Below the pieces are notes generated by a model that had not been told where the DNA came from, did no database searches, and worked only from the letters and a program-made list of their open reading frames with translations. Below are positions 21,572 to 31,483 of a stretch of DNA of 64,000 nucleotides, in pieces (the first letter of the stretch is position 1; the number at the start of each line of letters is the position of its first letter). The translations under genes were made by a program, and so were the position numbers. Origin of the DNA: Cyanophyceae cyanobacterium (GTDB lineage Bacteria; Cyanobacteriota; Cyanobacteriia; Cyanobacteriales; Laspinemataceae). Where the stretch lies: contig JBBQFN010000002.1 in the NCBI GenBank assembly GCA_038321985.1, positions 352,001 to 416,000 of the forward strand. The letters are read 5' to 3'.

Positions 21572-23824
21572 CTAGAAGTTGGTTAAATTTAATCTCTCCT
21601 TATATTCTAAATGGTTCAAAACTTCCGATCGCGATCGCCATACAGGACGCAATTGTTGATTGGCAAATAACTCTAATTGATCCGTTCTATGGGGGGAGTT
21701 GGGTTGGCTGGCATTTCCATAACTTAACACGGCTTTTGCTCGGACGGATGGGCTAAATTCGATGGCGGCAATATAAGAATCCCCGCCAATGGCTTCAAAC
21801 CGTCCATCTTCTGCCTCATCAAACCAGATGTTTCGGAACAGTCCCAGAAAGCCATAACCACCATTGGCAGGCAAGTCTATATCATCTAGGCGAAAGCGAA
21901 ACACTTCTCCCCAGGGGACATCTAATCTGCCGATGCGATCGCCGATTTCTATGGCAACTGCTTCTAAAACGGCAACGGCGCGATCGCTGTCGGCGAGTTG
22001 GGTTGGGGTGTCTAAGGGTGCATCGGGATTCCAGGGGATGACAAATAGTTCGGAGAGTTCCATTTCTGTTACCCAGAAGGCAAATAATACAGCCCCCTGA
22101 CTGTCCGCATTGGCATGACGATCCCAGCGACTGAGGACGTCAGCCGCTTGATGTGCTACGGTGGAATTGGTCTCTCTAGCCGCAGCAATCAAGTCATCCA
22201 GGATGCGATCGGCCAGTTCCATGCGCGTAGAATGTTTATACTCTATCAGTTGCTGGAAGCTGATTTTCTCTCGTTCGGTGAGCATTCGCACCGATCGCTG
22301 TGCTCTAAAAGACATTTCCGAGGGGGCAATATAGGACGGATAGTCTGACTGTGCGATCGCCCTGGGGAAGGTTGTACTCCAGGGTGGATCATTGGCATTT
22401 TGTAACCAGCCGGTGGGGGGATCTATTACACGGGGGAGGTCTTCGTAAGGGTGAATTTGTGTCCACAATGTCGCGGAAGTATCCCCGGGAAGAATCGCGA
22501 ATCCTTCTTCAAAAGTGCCGCCTTCTCTCACTGGAACCTGACCATTATACAGGTGCAGAATATGTCCCTGGCGATCGCCATAAATGATGTTAAACATGGG
22601 GATTTGCAGCGGTTTTAAGGCAGCTTCAAAGTCGGTGAGTTTTGTGGCGGTTGCCATATTCCACCACTCTTGTATCGCCCCAGGTGCGTCTAATCCCACT
22701 ACCCGCAGGGCGATCGCCTTGCCATCGGATTCTTCTACAATTGGTCCTTGTATAGACTGTTTTACGAGGAAGGGATACTCGGTCAAAGATCCATCTTCCT
22801 GTCTGATCCAGAGGGTTTTTTCTTGAGTGTCAAACTTTCTCACTTCCCCATCAAATCGATAACCCTCATCTTCTAAGGCAATTTCGTATAAATCCCAGCC
22901 TTTGTGTGTATTGACAGTATGCGCCCAACCTAGATGATCGTTAAATGCCATACTGAGTACGGGAATACCCACGAGGGCAACCCCAGAGGCATTGATTCCC
23001 GGGGCGTTGAGTTGAGCTTCATACCAGTGATACAGATCGGACCAAGGTAGATGGGGGTTGATTAACAGCAGGGTATGACCACTTTGCGATCGCGCGGGTG
23101 CGATCGCCCAGGCATTGGAACCTGGGGTTTCTTCGGGGGTGGGAAGCAGTTCCCTAATTTTTTCGGGATTGACGACAAAGGTAAAATTGAGCACCTGCTG
23201 AAGATGGGCTAAAATATCCACTCCGGTGACAGGTAGCACCCCTTTTACAGCTTCATCTAGGCGATCGCCCTGTTGTGTGGCGTAAGCATTAATTCCGGCA
23301 GCAAAGGCATCAAGATAGGTGCGAAATTCTGGCGTTTGGGCAGCGTACCACTGTTGGGCGCGGCTGGGAACTCCCATTGTATGTATCCAGCGATCGCTCT
23401 CTAAGTAGGTTTCTCCCCAATATTCTGCCCCACGTCCTCGGGCTTGACCGTATAATCGCAGTAATAAGTTGCCATGACTCTGCATTTGCGCCCAACCGAA
23501 GGCATAAAATAATTCTTGATGATTAGGGGCGTAAATATGGGGAATTCCATAAGTATCCCAGAGGATTTCTGTTAATTTAACCTCGGTTGATGGAGTGGTC
23601 GGGCTGATTGTCATAACACAAATTAGGCTTAATAAAAAGGCTAAAATTGAGCAGATTTTTTGTTTTATACGGAATCCGGGTATCAAAATTCGTTTAATTT
23701 GATCTGATTGTTCCCTCCCCTTGGCAAGGGGAGGGTTAGGGTGGGGTCCACTAAGTTGGGTTCCTTTTAACAGACCTATAACTACCGGATTTGGTATGAT
23801 AGAATGGAAACTAAAATAAAACAT
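21572..23824 (-). CDS. Exported Ntn-hydrolase acylase (penicillin/glutaryl-7-ACA/PvdQ superfamily)
   Basis: EILWDTYGIPHIYA; beta-chain start G|SNAWAIAP (catalytic Ser); LLINPHLPW; GWAHTVN; LQNANDPPW; hydrophobic signal segment. Start uncertain because of a repeat element at the 5' end. Confidence 0.88.
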   Translation of the reverse strand: MFYFSFHSIIPNPVVIGLLKGTQLSGPHPNPPLAKGREQSDQIKRILIPGFRIKQKICSILAFLLSLICVMTISPTTPSTEVKLTEILWDTYGIPHIYAPNHQELFYAFGWAQMQSHGNLLLRLYGQARGRGAEYWGETYLESDRWIHTMGVPSRAQQWYAAQTPEFRTYLDAFAAGINAYATQQGDRLDEAVKGVLPVTGVDILAHLQQVLNFTFVVNPEKIRELLPTPEETPGSNAWAIAPARSQSGHTLLLINPHLPWSDLYHWYEAQLNAPGINASGVALVGIPVLSMAFNDHLGWAHTVNTHKGWDLYEIALEDEGYRFDGEVRKFDTQEKTLWIRQEDGSLTEYPFLVKQSIQGPIVEESDGKAIALRVVGLDAPGAIQEWWNMATATKLTDFEAALKPLQIPMFNIIYGDRQGHILHLYNGQVPVREGGTFEEGFAILPGDTSATLWTQIHPYEDLPRVIDPPTGWLQNANDPPWSTTFPRAIAQSDYPSYIAPSEMSFRAQRSVRMLTEREKISFQQLIEYKHSTRMELADRILDDLIAAARETNSTVAHQAADVLSRWDRHANADSQGAVLFAFWVTEMELSELFVIPWNPDAPLDTPTQLADSDRAVAVLEAVAIEIGDRIGRLDVPWGEVFRFRLDDIDLPANGGYGFLGLFRNIWFDEAEDGRFEAIGGDSYIAAIEFSPSVRAKAVLSYGNASQPNSPHRTDQLELFANQQLRPVWRSRSEVLNHLEYKERLNLTNF
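23667..23797. mobile_element. ~130-bp MITE-like element with imperfect terminal inverted repeats and internal hairpin
   Basis: Ends ATACGGAATCCGG (23667-23679) and CCGGATTTGGTAT (23785-23797) are 11/13 complementary; internal CCCTCCCCTTG-g-CAAGGGGAGGG (23713-23735). Confidence 0.55.
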
Positions 23825-23904
23825 GAAAATAAGCCACGTTTTTATAGAAATATCTAAACTAAATAAGTCGGCTTAGAGCCGATTGCTTCCGCTTGATCTA
23901 GCCT

Positions 23905-24882
23905 TCAAGATACCGGGGCTAATTTTTTACAGTCCGTGATTTCTATCCCTTGAACCTGATAATTCATCACCGTCTCTTGATAATCCCCCACACAAGATTC
24001 GGGTAATTCCATCAAGGTACTTTCATCCCCAATCACATCCGCTTGATAAAGGGTTACTTTTTCCTCCGTTTCCACTTCTAGTTCCACTCGATAAGAAAAA
24101 GTCTCAGGAATTTCCTTTAAAATCCGCCCTTTCATGGCAAAATTGAAGCCCTGCCACCCCCAGTCTTTGAATAGTTCTTTTTCTAACAGTTGCAGAGGTT
24201 TGGGTAAAATGCCCCAACCGCGATAGGCGGGGTATAAGTCATGAGTCGAACCTGACTGTATGAGTAAAGATTGTAAAGCAACCGAGTCTAATTGACCATA
24301 ATAGCGGCCATCGGGAAAGGCGATCGCAATAGGTGCGAAGCGATGGCCGCCGATATGACTGGTTTGCCAAATCCGCACATCTGTTAAAGATAAATCCTCA
24401 ATCATCTTTAAACCTTGGCGATATAAAGGATTCCCATATCGCGCACAACATCGGTCGTTTTGTCCGTGGGTGCAGATTAAAATATCTCTAGTTTTGATGG
24501 GGTTTGCTTCCCATTCTCCTGGGCAAGTGCTAAAGCAAGTTTGGGCAAGGGAGGCTACTTCATTAATATCAGAAAGAAGGAATTCTTGACCGATGTAGCC
24601 CCGAGAACATCCGGCTGGTTTCTGAAAGGCTAAGACGCGGATAGTATTTTCTGTGTGATACAGGGGATTATAAATTAAAAGAATTCTATTTTTAATCGGC
24701 TTATTTTCATAAATTTCATCTCCGACGGCCCGGAGATTATCGGGAATTGTAGGCGTTTCTAAGTCATACGAGTTCCACGGGGGCGGACATTCTACCAATA
24801 GATAATTATCATAGGTTAAAGCGGTGCCGCTTAAGGAATTACCAGCTTGGCGAGTTAATTCTGAACAAGAAATAGTGTTCAT
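23905..24882 (-). CDS. Sucrase/ferredoxin-like (Apd1/Aim32-type) 2Fe-2S protein
   Basis: CTHGQNDRCC (C-x8-C) and SHIGGHRFAP (HxGGH); N-terminal LLVECPPPW. Confidence 0.85.
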   Translation of the reverse strand: MNTISCSELTRQAGNSLSGTALTYDNYLLVECPPPWNSYDLETPTIPDNLRAVGDEIYENKPIKNRILLIYNPLYHTENTIRVLAFQKPAGCSRGYIGQEFLLSDINEVASLAQTCFSTCPGEWEANPIKTRDILICTHGQNDRCCARYGNPLYRQGLKMIEDLSLTDVRIWQTSHIGGHRFAPIAIAFPDGRYYGQLDSVALQSLLIQSGSTHDLYPAYRGWGILPKPLQLLEKELFKDWGWQGFNFAMKGRILKEIPETFSYRVELEVETEEKVTLYQADVIGDESTLMELPESCVGDYQETVMNYQVQGIEITDCKKLAPVS

Positions 24883-24888
24883 AGTAAG

Positions 24889-25719
24889 CTAAGATTGAGG
24901 AACATCCACAGGCATCGGGGTATTCCCGATATAGGCATAGGGAAAACATAGAGGAATGCCGGTTTCGGGTTCCAGGGTGACTCGGGCGCGGACTCCGAAT
25001 GCTTCGGCTAAAAGTTCGGGGGTTAAGACCCGACTAGGGATGTCATCGGCGATAATGTATCCCCGTTTGAGGACGACCATGCGATCGCTATAACGGGCGG
25101 CTTGATTGAGGTCATGGAGGACTAAAATAATCGTCATCCCCCGATCGCGATTCAGTTGTCGGACGATTTCTAATACTTCTAGTTGATGTCCAATATCTAA
25201 AAAGCTAGTCGGTTCATCTAATAATAAAAGGGGCGTTCCTTGGGCTAAAGAAAGGGAAATCCAGGCCCGTTGTCGTTCCCCTCCCGAGAGATTATCCAGA
25301 CGCCGATGGGCAAATTCGCTCATGCCGGTGAGAGTCAGTGCCTCGGCGATCGCCGAACGGTCCTGGGGACGTAACCTTTGCAAAGGTCCAACATGGGGAA
25401 ACCGTCCCTGTTCCACTAATTCGGCTACCGTTAATCCGGGAGGGGCGATAGGATTTTGGGGCAGAATTGCCAGTTGACGGGCAATCTCGCGGGTGGAAAG
25501 GTGCTTGAGTGCGACCCCATTCAAATAGACTTTTCCGCTACTGGGGGACAATAATCGGGCTAAGGTTTTTAAAAGGGTAGATTTTCCCGAACCGTTGGGT
25601 CCGACTAATGCCGTCACTTTCCCCCGTTCAATCTCGATGGACAGGTTCTTGAGGATAGTCTGGTTACTGTAACCGACTTGTAGATCTTCGGCGGCGAGAA
25701 TCGGGGGGTTGATTGACAT
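24889..25719 (-). CDS. Iron-siderophore ABC transporter ATPase (FhuC/FecE-like)
   Basis: GPNGSGKS, LSGGERQRAW, LLLLDEPT, LHDLNQAARY. Confidence 0.95.
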   Translation of the reverse strand: MSINPPILAAEDLQVGYSNQTILKNLSIEIERGKVTALVGPNGSGKSTLLKTLARLLSPSSGKVYLNGVALKHLSTREIARQLAILPQNPIAPPGLTVAELVEQGRFPHVGPLQRLRPQDRSAIAEALTLTGMSEFAHRRLDNLSGGERQRAWISLSLAQGTPLLLLDEPTSFLDIGHQLEVLEIVRQLNRDRGMTIILVLHDLNQAARYSDRMVVLKRGYIIADDIPSRVLTPELLAEAFGVRARVTLEPETGIPLCFPYAYIGNTPMPVDVPQS

Positions 25720-25724
25720 AGTTG

Positions 25725-26804
25725 TTATATTGACCCCATCGGGTTTTTTCTCAGAACTAGATACAAAAAGAAGGGTGCGCCTAAAAGTGCGGTAACTGCA
25801 CCAACCGGGAGGGCCGCTTCATGATTGCCAAAGGTGAGGGTGAGAACTTGGGCTAATAAATCTGCTCCTAAGAGTAAAAGGGCGGTGATGGCGGTACACA
25901 GAGGAAACAAGCGTCTGGCATCGTTCCCGACCCATTGACGGGCTAAATGCGGGCCGATTAAGCCGATAAAGCCGACGGCACCCACGACGGATACCGCAGT
26001 CGCACTTAACCATACCGCGATGAAAAATAAGGCCGCTCTGGCTTGGCCGATGGGGACTCCCAATCCCGCAGCAATATCATCGCCCAGATTTAGCACATTG
26101 GCAACCCGGGCACAGGCGAGTCCTACGGGTAAGGCAATGATGGCGATCGGCCAAATCCCCTGCCAATGGACCCAGATGCGCCCGTTTAGAGACCCAATTA
26201 GCCAGAATAAAATGGTGCCTAGAGATTCTTCATCCAATAATAACAGTAAGGAATTAAAGGACTGGACGATCGCCGCGACAACTGCTCCATTTAAGACCAG
26301 TTGTAAAGGGTCGCTGGGACGATTGGGTTGCCGACTCAGGAAGTAGACGATACTGCTGGTTAGACATCCTCCCACGAGGGCGACTGCCGGGAACCAAACC
26401 GGAGGAATTAACCCCTCGGGTAAGAAAGTGAGAGAACCAATTAAGAATAATACCGCCCCGGAGGTGACTCCGGTGAGACTCGGTTCCGCTAAGGGGTTGC
26501 GGATAATCGCCTGTAACATGGCCCCGGAGAGTCCAAATAAGGCCCCAGCAAGGGTGGCGACTGCCGCTCGGGGAACTCGCAATTCCCAGACAATCCGACT
26601 GTGAACCGCTTGGATGGGGTGATTCACTAAAGCGGCGACGGCTTCAGTAGGGGAAAGGGTGCCACTGCCCACACAGACGTGTAAGACAAAAACCACCCCC
26701 AGGGCGAGGGTGACTACCATCATGGACTGAGAGAAACTGACGGTATCGGCTTTCGTTGCTTTGATTCCCCTTGCTGGTAACACCGAGGGTTCTTGTAGTT
26801 TCAT
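25725..26804 (-). CDS. Iron-siderophore ABC transporter permease (FecCD family)
   Basis: LRVPRA, RNPLAEP, LGDDIAAGLG, FIGLIGPH, PVGAVTALLGAPFF. TAATG overlap with the upstream permease. Confidence 0.93.
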   Translation of the reverse strand: MKLQEPSVLPARGIKATKADTVSFSQSMMVVTLALGVVFVLHVCVGSGTLSPTEAVAALVNHPIQAVHSRIVWELRVPRAAVATLAGALFGLSGAMLQAIIRNPLAEPSLTGVTSGAVLFLIGSLTFLPEGLIPPVWFPAVALVGGCLTSSIVYFLSRQPNRPSDPLQLVLNGAVVAAIVQSFNSLLLLLDEESLGTILFWLIGSLNGRIWVHWQGIWPIAIIALPVGLACARVANVLNLGDDIAAGLGVPIGQARAALFFIAVWLSATAVSVVGAVGFIGLIGPHLARQWVGNDARRLFPLCTAITALLLLGADLLAQVLTLTFGNHEAALPVGAVTALLGAPFFLYLVLRKNPMGSI

Positions 26805-27832
26805 TATCCCCTCTTCCGGATCTGTTGTTGCAGTAGCACTAATAAAGCGGGACCCCCGAGCAGGGTGGTCCAGACTCCTACAGGCATTTCCATGGGTGCA
26901 AACGCTTCCCGTGCAAGCAAATCCGCGCCCACGAGTAAGACGGCCCCGAGGGGAATGGCTAGGACTAGAACTTGCCTTGCATCGGTGGTTCCTAATAGGT
27001 TGCGTGAGAGGTGAGGGGCGAGCAAGGCGATATAGGCGATCGGGCCACAGGTGGCGATCGCGGGGGCGACAAGCACTACACTCAATACCCCAATGGCAAA
27101 GCGGGTGGGTAACACTTTTAACCCCAGTCCCTCCGCCAGTTCATCTCCGAGTTGCAGAAGATTCAGGGGACGGGCGCACATCAGGGCGAGGGGAATGCCC
27201 ACGAGGGCCCAAGATGAGACAATCTGTACTTCGTCCCAAGTGCGACCGGCTAGACTGCCCAACAAGTATAAAAACAACAGGCTGACGCTACTGGTAGAAC
27301 CTAGGCTAATCAAGGCAATCGTTACCGCGTTCAATAGGGCGGTCATTGCCGCACCAATCAAGACGAGACGGACCGGATCCGAGGTGCGTTTGGAGGAGAG
27401 TAAGACGATCGCCCCACCGATGACACCCCCGACTAAGGCGAGTAAGGGATAGACCGAAATAGGGACCGGCAGATTTAAAACAACAAGCGCCGCCATCACC
27501 GCTGCTGCTCCGGACTGGACCCCCAGTAGTTCCGGCCCAGCGAGTACATTCCGCAAGGCGTTTTGGAGAAGGACTCCAGCTAGGGCTAAGAGTGCCCCGG
27601 TAAGACTGCCGAGGATGAGGCGCGGCAAGCGTAATTCCCAGAAAACCAGACGGGGAAGCCTTCCCCCTTGTCCCCCTACGGTAATCTCCCACAACTGAGA
27701 TAAGTTGAGGGTCGGGTTACCCAGTTGCAGGGAAAGCAGGGCGATTGCCAAGAGTATTACACTGAGTACGGCAAGGGTAACCCCGAATCGAGAAGGCTTA
27801 AGGAGAGTCGGGTCCGGGTAAGGCGCACTCAT
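26804..27832 (-). CDS. Iron-siderophore ABC transporter permease (FecCD family)
   Basis: LRLPRL, RNVLAGP, LGDELAEGLG, APH, EMPVG. ATGA overlap with the binding-protein gene. Confidence 0.93.
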   Translation of the reverse strand: MSAPYPDPTLLKPSRFGVTLAVLSVILLAIALLSLQLGNPTLNLSQLWEITVGGQGGRLPRLVFWELRLPRLILGSLTGALLALAGVLLQNALRNVLAGPELLGVQSGAAAVMAALVVLNLPVPISVYPLLALVGGVIGGAIVLLSSKRTSDPVRLVLIGAAMTALLNAVTIALISLGSTSSVSLLFLYLLGSLAGRTWDEVQIVSSWALVGIPLALMCARPLNLLQLGDELAEGLGLKVLPTRFAIGVLSVVLVAPAIATCGPIAYIALLAPHLSRNLLGTTDARQVLVLAIPLGAVLLVGADLLAREAFAPMEMPVGVWTTLLGGPALLVLLQQQIRKRG

Positions 27833-28827
27833 GTTACAGGTTCCGGAAAAACTTCCGGATACATTGTGGGCAGAATCTCGTCTAGTAACTGGCCTAGCGA
27901 TCGCGTGCCGCTGGTAAACCCCCCAATTTGGTCTTCATCTAAGGCATAGACTTGATCTCGTTGTACCGATTTGAGTGCTTGCCACAGACGATGGGTTTTT
28001 AAACCCGAAATCAAATCCGGGGCGCGGGAATTGTTGATAATGAAAATGAAATCTGGATCGATAGAGAGGATTTCCTCAAAGGAGTAAGTCGCCCAATTAA
28101 TGGCGCTGGGAGAGCGATCGCCCAGCCGCCAGGGATAGGGAGTGAGTTCAGCCAGGGTAGAACCGACGAGGGATTCTGCGGTGGCGACATGAAAGGCACT
28201 CGGGGTTCCGCGCATTACCATCACGGTTTGATTTCGGGGGGATTTGGTTCGATACACCTTGAGTTTATCCAGAAATTGCCAAGCTGCTGCTTCTGCTTTT
28301 TCTTCCTCCCCCAGTAGTTTCCCCACCGCCTGGAGATTGGCGATCGCATCGGTGTAATTTTCGACCTTGACCAGATATAAGGGGGTAATCGCTTCTAAGG
28401 TTTGTCGCTGATTGGAAAGCTGGCTTTGATGTCCCAGGGTTAAGTCCGGTTCGAGGGCGAGTAACTGTTCTAAGTTGGGTTCCCCTCGACCACTAATTTT
28501 TCCGAAACTCTGGGCGCGATCGCCAAAGTACACCGGACTGACCGCAAAATCGGTTAAAACCCCATATATCCCCACGGGTTCGCGGTCAAGTTCGGCCAAG
28601 ATATCGATACAGCTTAAATGCAAACAGACGAGGCGATCGGGGGATTCCCTCACCTGCACCGCTGTTCCTGTGGCATCGGTGAAAGTCTGGACCTTTCCCG
28701 TTGTCAAGGCCAAGTTGATCTCCCCTCTAGTTCCCACGGAATTTTGAGCGACAAAATCAGCCCCACAGGCCATTAAAACTGTCACTAATAACCCGGAATA
28801 CAGTACCCTGGCGATCGCTTCCCTCAT
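27829..28827 (-). CDS. Iron-siderophore ABC substrate-binding lipoprotein (FhuD/FecB-like)
   Basis: Lipobox LMAC, PDRLVCL, EPNLEQLLALEPDL, LWQALKSVQRDQVY. Confidence 0.92.
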   Translation of the reverse strand: MREAIARVLYSGLLVTVLMACGADFVAQNSVGTRGEINLALTTGKVQTFTDATGTAVQVRESPDRLVCLHLSCIDILAELDREPVGIYGVLTDFAVSPVYFGDRAQSFGKISGRGEPNLEQLLALEPDLTLGHQSQLSNQRQTLEAITPLYLVKVENYTDAIANLQAVGKLLGEEEKAEAAAWQFLDKLKVYRTKSPRNQTVMVMRGTPSAFHVATAESLVGSTLAELTPYPWRLGDRSPSAINWATYSFEEILSIDPDFIFIINNSRAPDLISGLKTHRLWQALKSVQRDQVYALDEDQIGGFTSGTRSLGQLLDEILPTMYPEVFPEPVT

Positions 28828-28834
28828 CGGTGGC

Positions 28835-31408
28835 TTAAAACCTCAACGAGTACCCAATTTTTAATGTTCTTCCCTGCCCTGCGGCATTAAAGACTTCATT
28901 AAAGCCGCCCAAAACTTGAGATTGTACCGGAAAATATTGGGAGTTGAATAAGTTCTCGACTCCAAATTCTAACCGTCCTGCCCCGAGTTGGAAGCTGCTA
29001 ATATAGTCTACAAGAAAATAAGCATCAATTTCATTATCATCCACTTCATCATCAAAGGCTCGTGCCCGTTGACCTGAATAGAGCAGTTGCAAACGATTCG
29101 ACCAATTTGAAGTCGTTTGATGGGCTAGGTAAGCCGTGGCTTTGATGGGAGAAATGCGGAAGCTAGAAATCGCTAGGTAATCCCCCTCATCTTCGGCGTC
29201 ACTTTCTCCTTCGGTCCAACTTAAAGTTCCCCCTAATGTAAAATTGGCCCCGGGTTGCCAGTCTGCTGTAGCCTCTACTCCATAAATCCGTTCCGGTGCC
29301 CGCACAAGCTGGGAAATCCCATCGATAAAGGTATAGTCTTCCCCTAAATCCGAGGTGTTGTAAAAACCAGCCAGAGAAACCTGGATTTGCTGCCACAGTC
29401 CACGCACCCCGATTTCATAGTTATTGACTTTGACCGGGTCGGTGATTTCTAGGTCATTTTCAACATTCGTAAACTCCTCGGGAGGATTACGAAGAATTCC
29501 CCCGAAGGAGGGAATGGAAAAGCCTTGGGCAAAGTTGGCAAATATCCCAAATTCTGGGGTTAAATTGACCACTGAACCGACATTAAATACGGTGTCGTTA
29601 AAGTCGCGATCGCCCCCTTGAATAGGGTCTCCAAAAAATGTGGTGTAATCGTCAACACTCAGGCCAATTCGTTCGTGACGCACCCCGGCGGTGAGTCTCA
29701 ACCACTCCGCTGCATCCCACTGACCTTGAGCAAATAAGCCCAGTTGGGTGACATTATACAGAGGGACAAAAGTCCGGTCGCCGGTTTTTCTAAACACACC
29801 GCGCTCATCAAAGGCTACGGGGTCAAATTCCTCAAAGGGGGCTTGATTATTCTCGTTGACATAATCTACACCCCATAGCAGACGAGCGCTTCCCGATGAA
29901 GTGAGGGGAGTTTCTACTTGGAGTTGTCCCCCCCATTTGTCTCCCTCAGCACGCTGACGGGCGATCGTATCAAAAAATCCCCCGCGAAAGTCCGCTGCAC
30001 CGACAATGGCGGTATATTCTCGATAGTAGGTTTGGGCTTGTAATTGACTGCCGAGGATGTCGTCATTGGTATAACGTAAACTGACGATAAAATTTTCGTC
30101 TCCGGCATCGTCGGTCCCTTCAAAATTGCCGTTAACTCTCAGGGGACGAGCTTTTTGCTGACCCTCTAAGTCTCGAACAATGGGGTCAGAGATAAAGTTA
30201 GTGTCTTGCCGTCCCACAAAATAATTACCCGTCAGTTGCAGGCGTTGGGTATCGCTGATATCTAGTCCCAATTTACCCAAGGCGCTGTATTCCCGGGCAT
30301 CAATCACCCCTCCCCCGCTGGTTTCGGGAATGCGATCGCCGTCGGCATCAAAAATTCCGGCGCTATCGTCGCGCACTACTGATACGGTATAGTCAACAAT
30401 TCCCTCTTTTTGGGAGAGTCCAAAATGTTGCCGGTTGCCGATACTATCGGATAAATGGTTGAGCGAACCCGTGAAACTAATTCCAGTATCAATACTAAAG
30501 ATATCCTGAGTCGGGCGTCGGGTAATAATATTAATCGATCCCCCGGTTGCCTGACTTCCATAAATCGCTGTCGGTCCCCGGACTACTTCAACTCGTTCGA
30601 TGGTATTGGGGTCGATCGCCCGTAGTTCGCGATCAAGTCCATAGTTGGACGTTTGGGGAATGCCATCGACTAAAATAGCAACGCTTCGTCCCCGCAAGGT
30701 TTGGATCACCGATCGCGGGGTACTGCCGCTCGTCGGTGGGCCTAAACCGGGGACGGTTTTCGCCAGAACATCCCGCAAGTCGGTAGAAATCGAGGTCTGT
30801 TCGTTGATGTCTTCGCGATCGACAACCGTAACCGATCTCGGCACTTTGATCAACCGTTCGGCAGTTCGCGTGGCGGTGACAATAATTTCTAAAATATCTT
30901 GTTGCTGATTCCCCGGGGTTTCCGATGTAGTGGGTGTCTCGGATTCGGGAAGTACAACCTCGGGTTCCGGTTCCGGTTCCGGTTCCGGTTCTTCGGCCAG
31001 ATCCGCCGGGGTGATGACCTGAAATGTGAGCGGCTTCGTCGGGTCGGTTGCTTGTACCGTCGGCATTGCCCTAGTTCCGGTGACGGTGAGGCGAATGCTA
31101 TTTTGATCTAAGCTGGTGACGGCGACTGCGGCAATTCCCTCAGCGGGGTTCTCCTGGCGAAATGAGCTCCCCTGGACCAATCGCAGTTGAGTATTGGGAA
31201 TATCAACAATCGTCGTCTCACCAAAACTAGAAGTAAAGACTTGGGGAACGCGATCGCCGATTGTTTCTAAGACAATTTGTAACCCCGTCGCGGTGGATTC
31301 CACTCGCACTCCGGTTACTTCTATCACTTGGGCAGTCGCTGGACTTGCCAATACCAGGACAGTTGCGCCCGCTAGCAATACTCCGGGCAAGAACGGCTCA
31401 AATTTCAA
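28835..31408 (-). CDS. TonB-dependent siderophore receptor with N-terminal AMIN domain
   Basis: Signal peptide (PATA|Q), AMIN domain, TonB box EIIVTATR, plug IERVEVVRGPTAIYG, ENLFN and terminal Phe. TTG start after GAGGAGAGG. Confidence 0.95.
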   Translation of the reverse strand: MKFEPFLPGVLLAGATVLVLASPATAQVIEVTGVRVESTATGLQIVLETIGDRVPQVFTSSFGETTIVDIPNTQLRLVQGSSFRQENPAEGIAAVAVTSLDQNSIRLTVTGTRAMPTVQATDPTKPLTFQVITPADLAEEPEPEPEPEPEVVLPESETPTTSETPGNQQQDILEIIVTATRTAERLIKVPRSVTVVDREDINEQTSISTDLRDVLAKTVPGLGPPTSGSTPRSVIQTLRGRSVAILVDGIPQTSNYGLDRELRAIDPNTIERVEVVRGPTAIYGSQATGGSINIITRRPTQDIFSIDTGISFTGSLNHLSDSIGNRQHFGLSQKEGIVDYTVSVVRDDSAGIFDADGDRIPETSGGGVIDAREYSALGKLGLDISDTQRLQLTGNYFVGRQDTNFISDPIVRDLEGQQKARPLRVNGNFEGTDDAGDENFIVSLRYTNDDILGSQLQAQTYYREYTAIVGAADFRGGFFDTIARQRAEGDKWGGQLQVETPLTSSGSARLLWGVDYVNENNQAPFEEFDPVAFDERGVFRKTGDRTFVPLYNVTQLGLFAQGQWDAAEWLRLTAGVRHERIGLSVDDYTTFFGDPIQGGDRDFNDTVFNVGSVVNLTPEFGIFANFAQGFSIPSFGGILRNPPEEFTNVENDLEITDPVKVNNYEIGVRGLWQQIQVSLAGFYNTSDLGEDYTFIDGISQLVRAPERIYGVEATADWQPGANFTLGGTLSWTEGESDAEDEGDYLAISSFRISPIKATAYLAHQTTSNWSNRLQLLYSGQRARAFDDEVDDNEIDAYFLVDYISSFQLGAGRLEFGVENLFNSQYFPVQSQVLGGFNEVFNAAGQGRTLKIGYSLRF
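30963..30991. repeat. (GGTTCC)x4.8 microsatellite encoding the Glu-Pro linker of the receptor
   Basis: Directly visible hexamer tandem repeat; translates as EPEPEPEPEP. Confidence 0.85.
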
Positions 31409-31446
31409 TTTCCTCTCCTCAGTCCTAATCTATACAATAGAAGGTT

Positions 31447-31483
31447 TTGCAATTTATCTCAGTTATTGATAGTAATTTGCATT
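31447..31483. promoter_or_regulatory. Tandem Fur-box-like sites upstream of the uptake operon
   Basis: TGATAGT-a-ATTTGCA (31467-31481; 11/14 to TGATAAT-n-ATTATCA) and adjacent TTGCAAT-t-TATCTCA (31447-31461); TTGACG on the minus strand at 31494-31489. Confidence 0.6.

Noticed and set aside
30963..30991. Phase variation by the hexamer repeat in the receptor
   Set aside because: The 6-nt unit keeps the frame; it only changes linker length.
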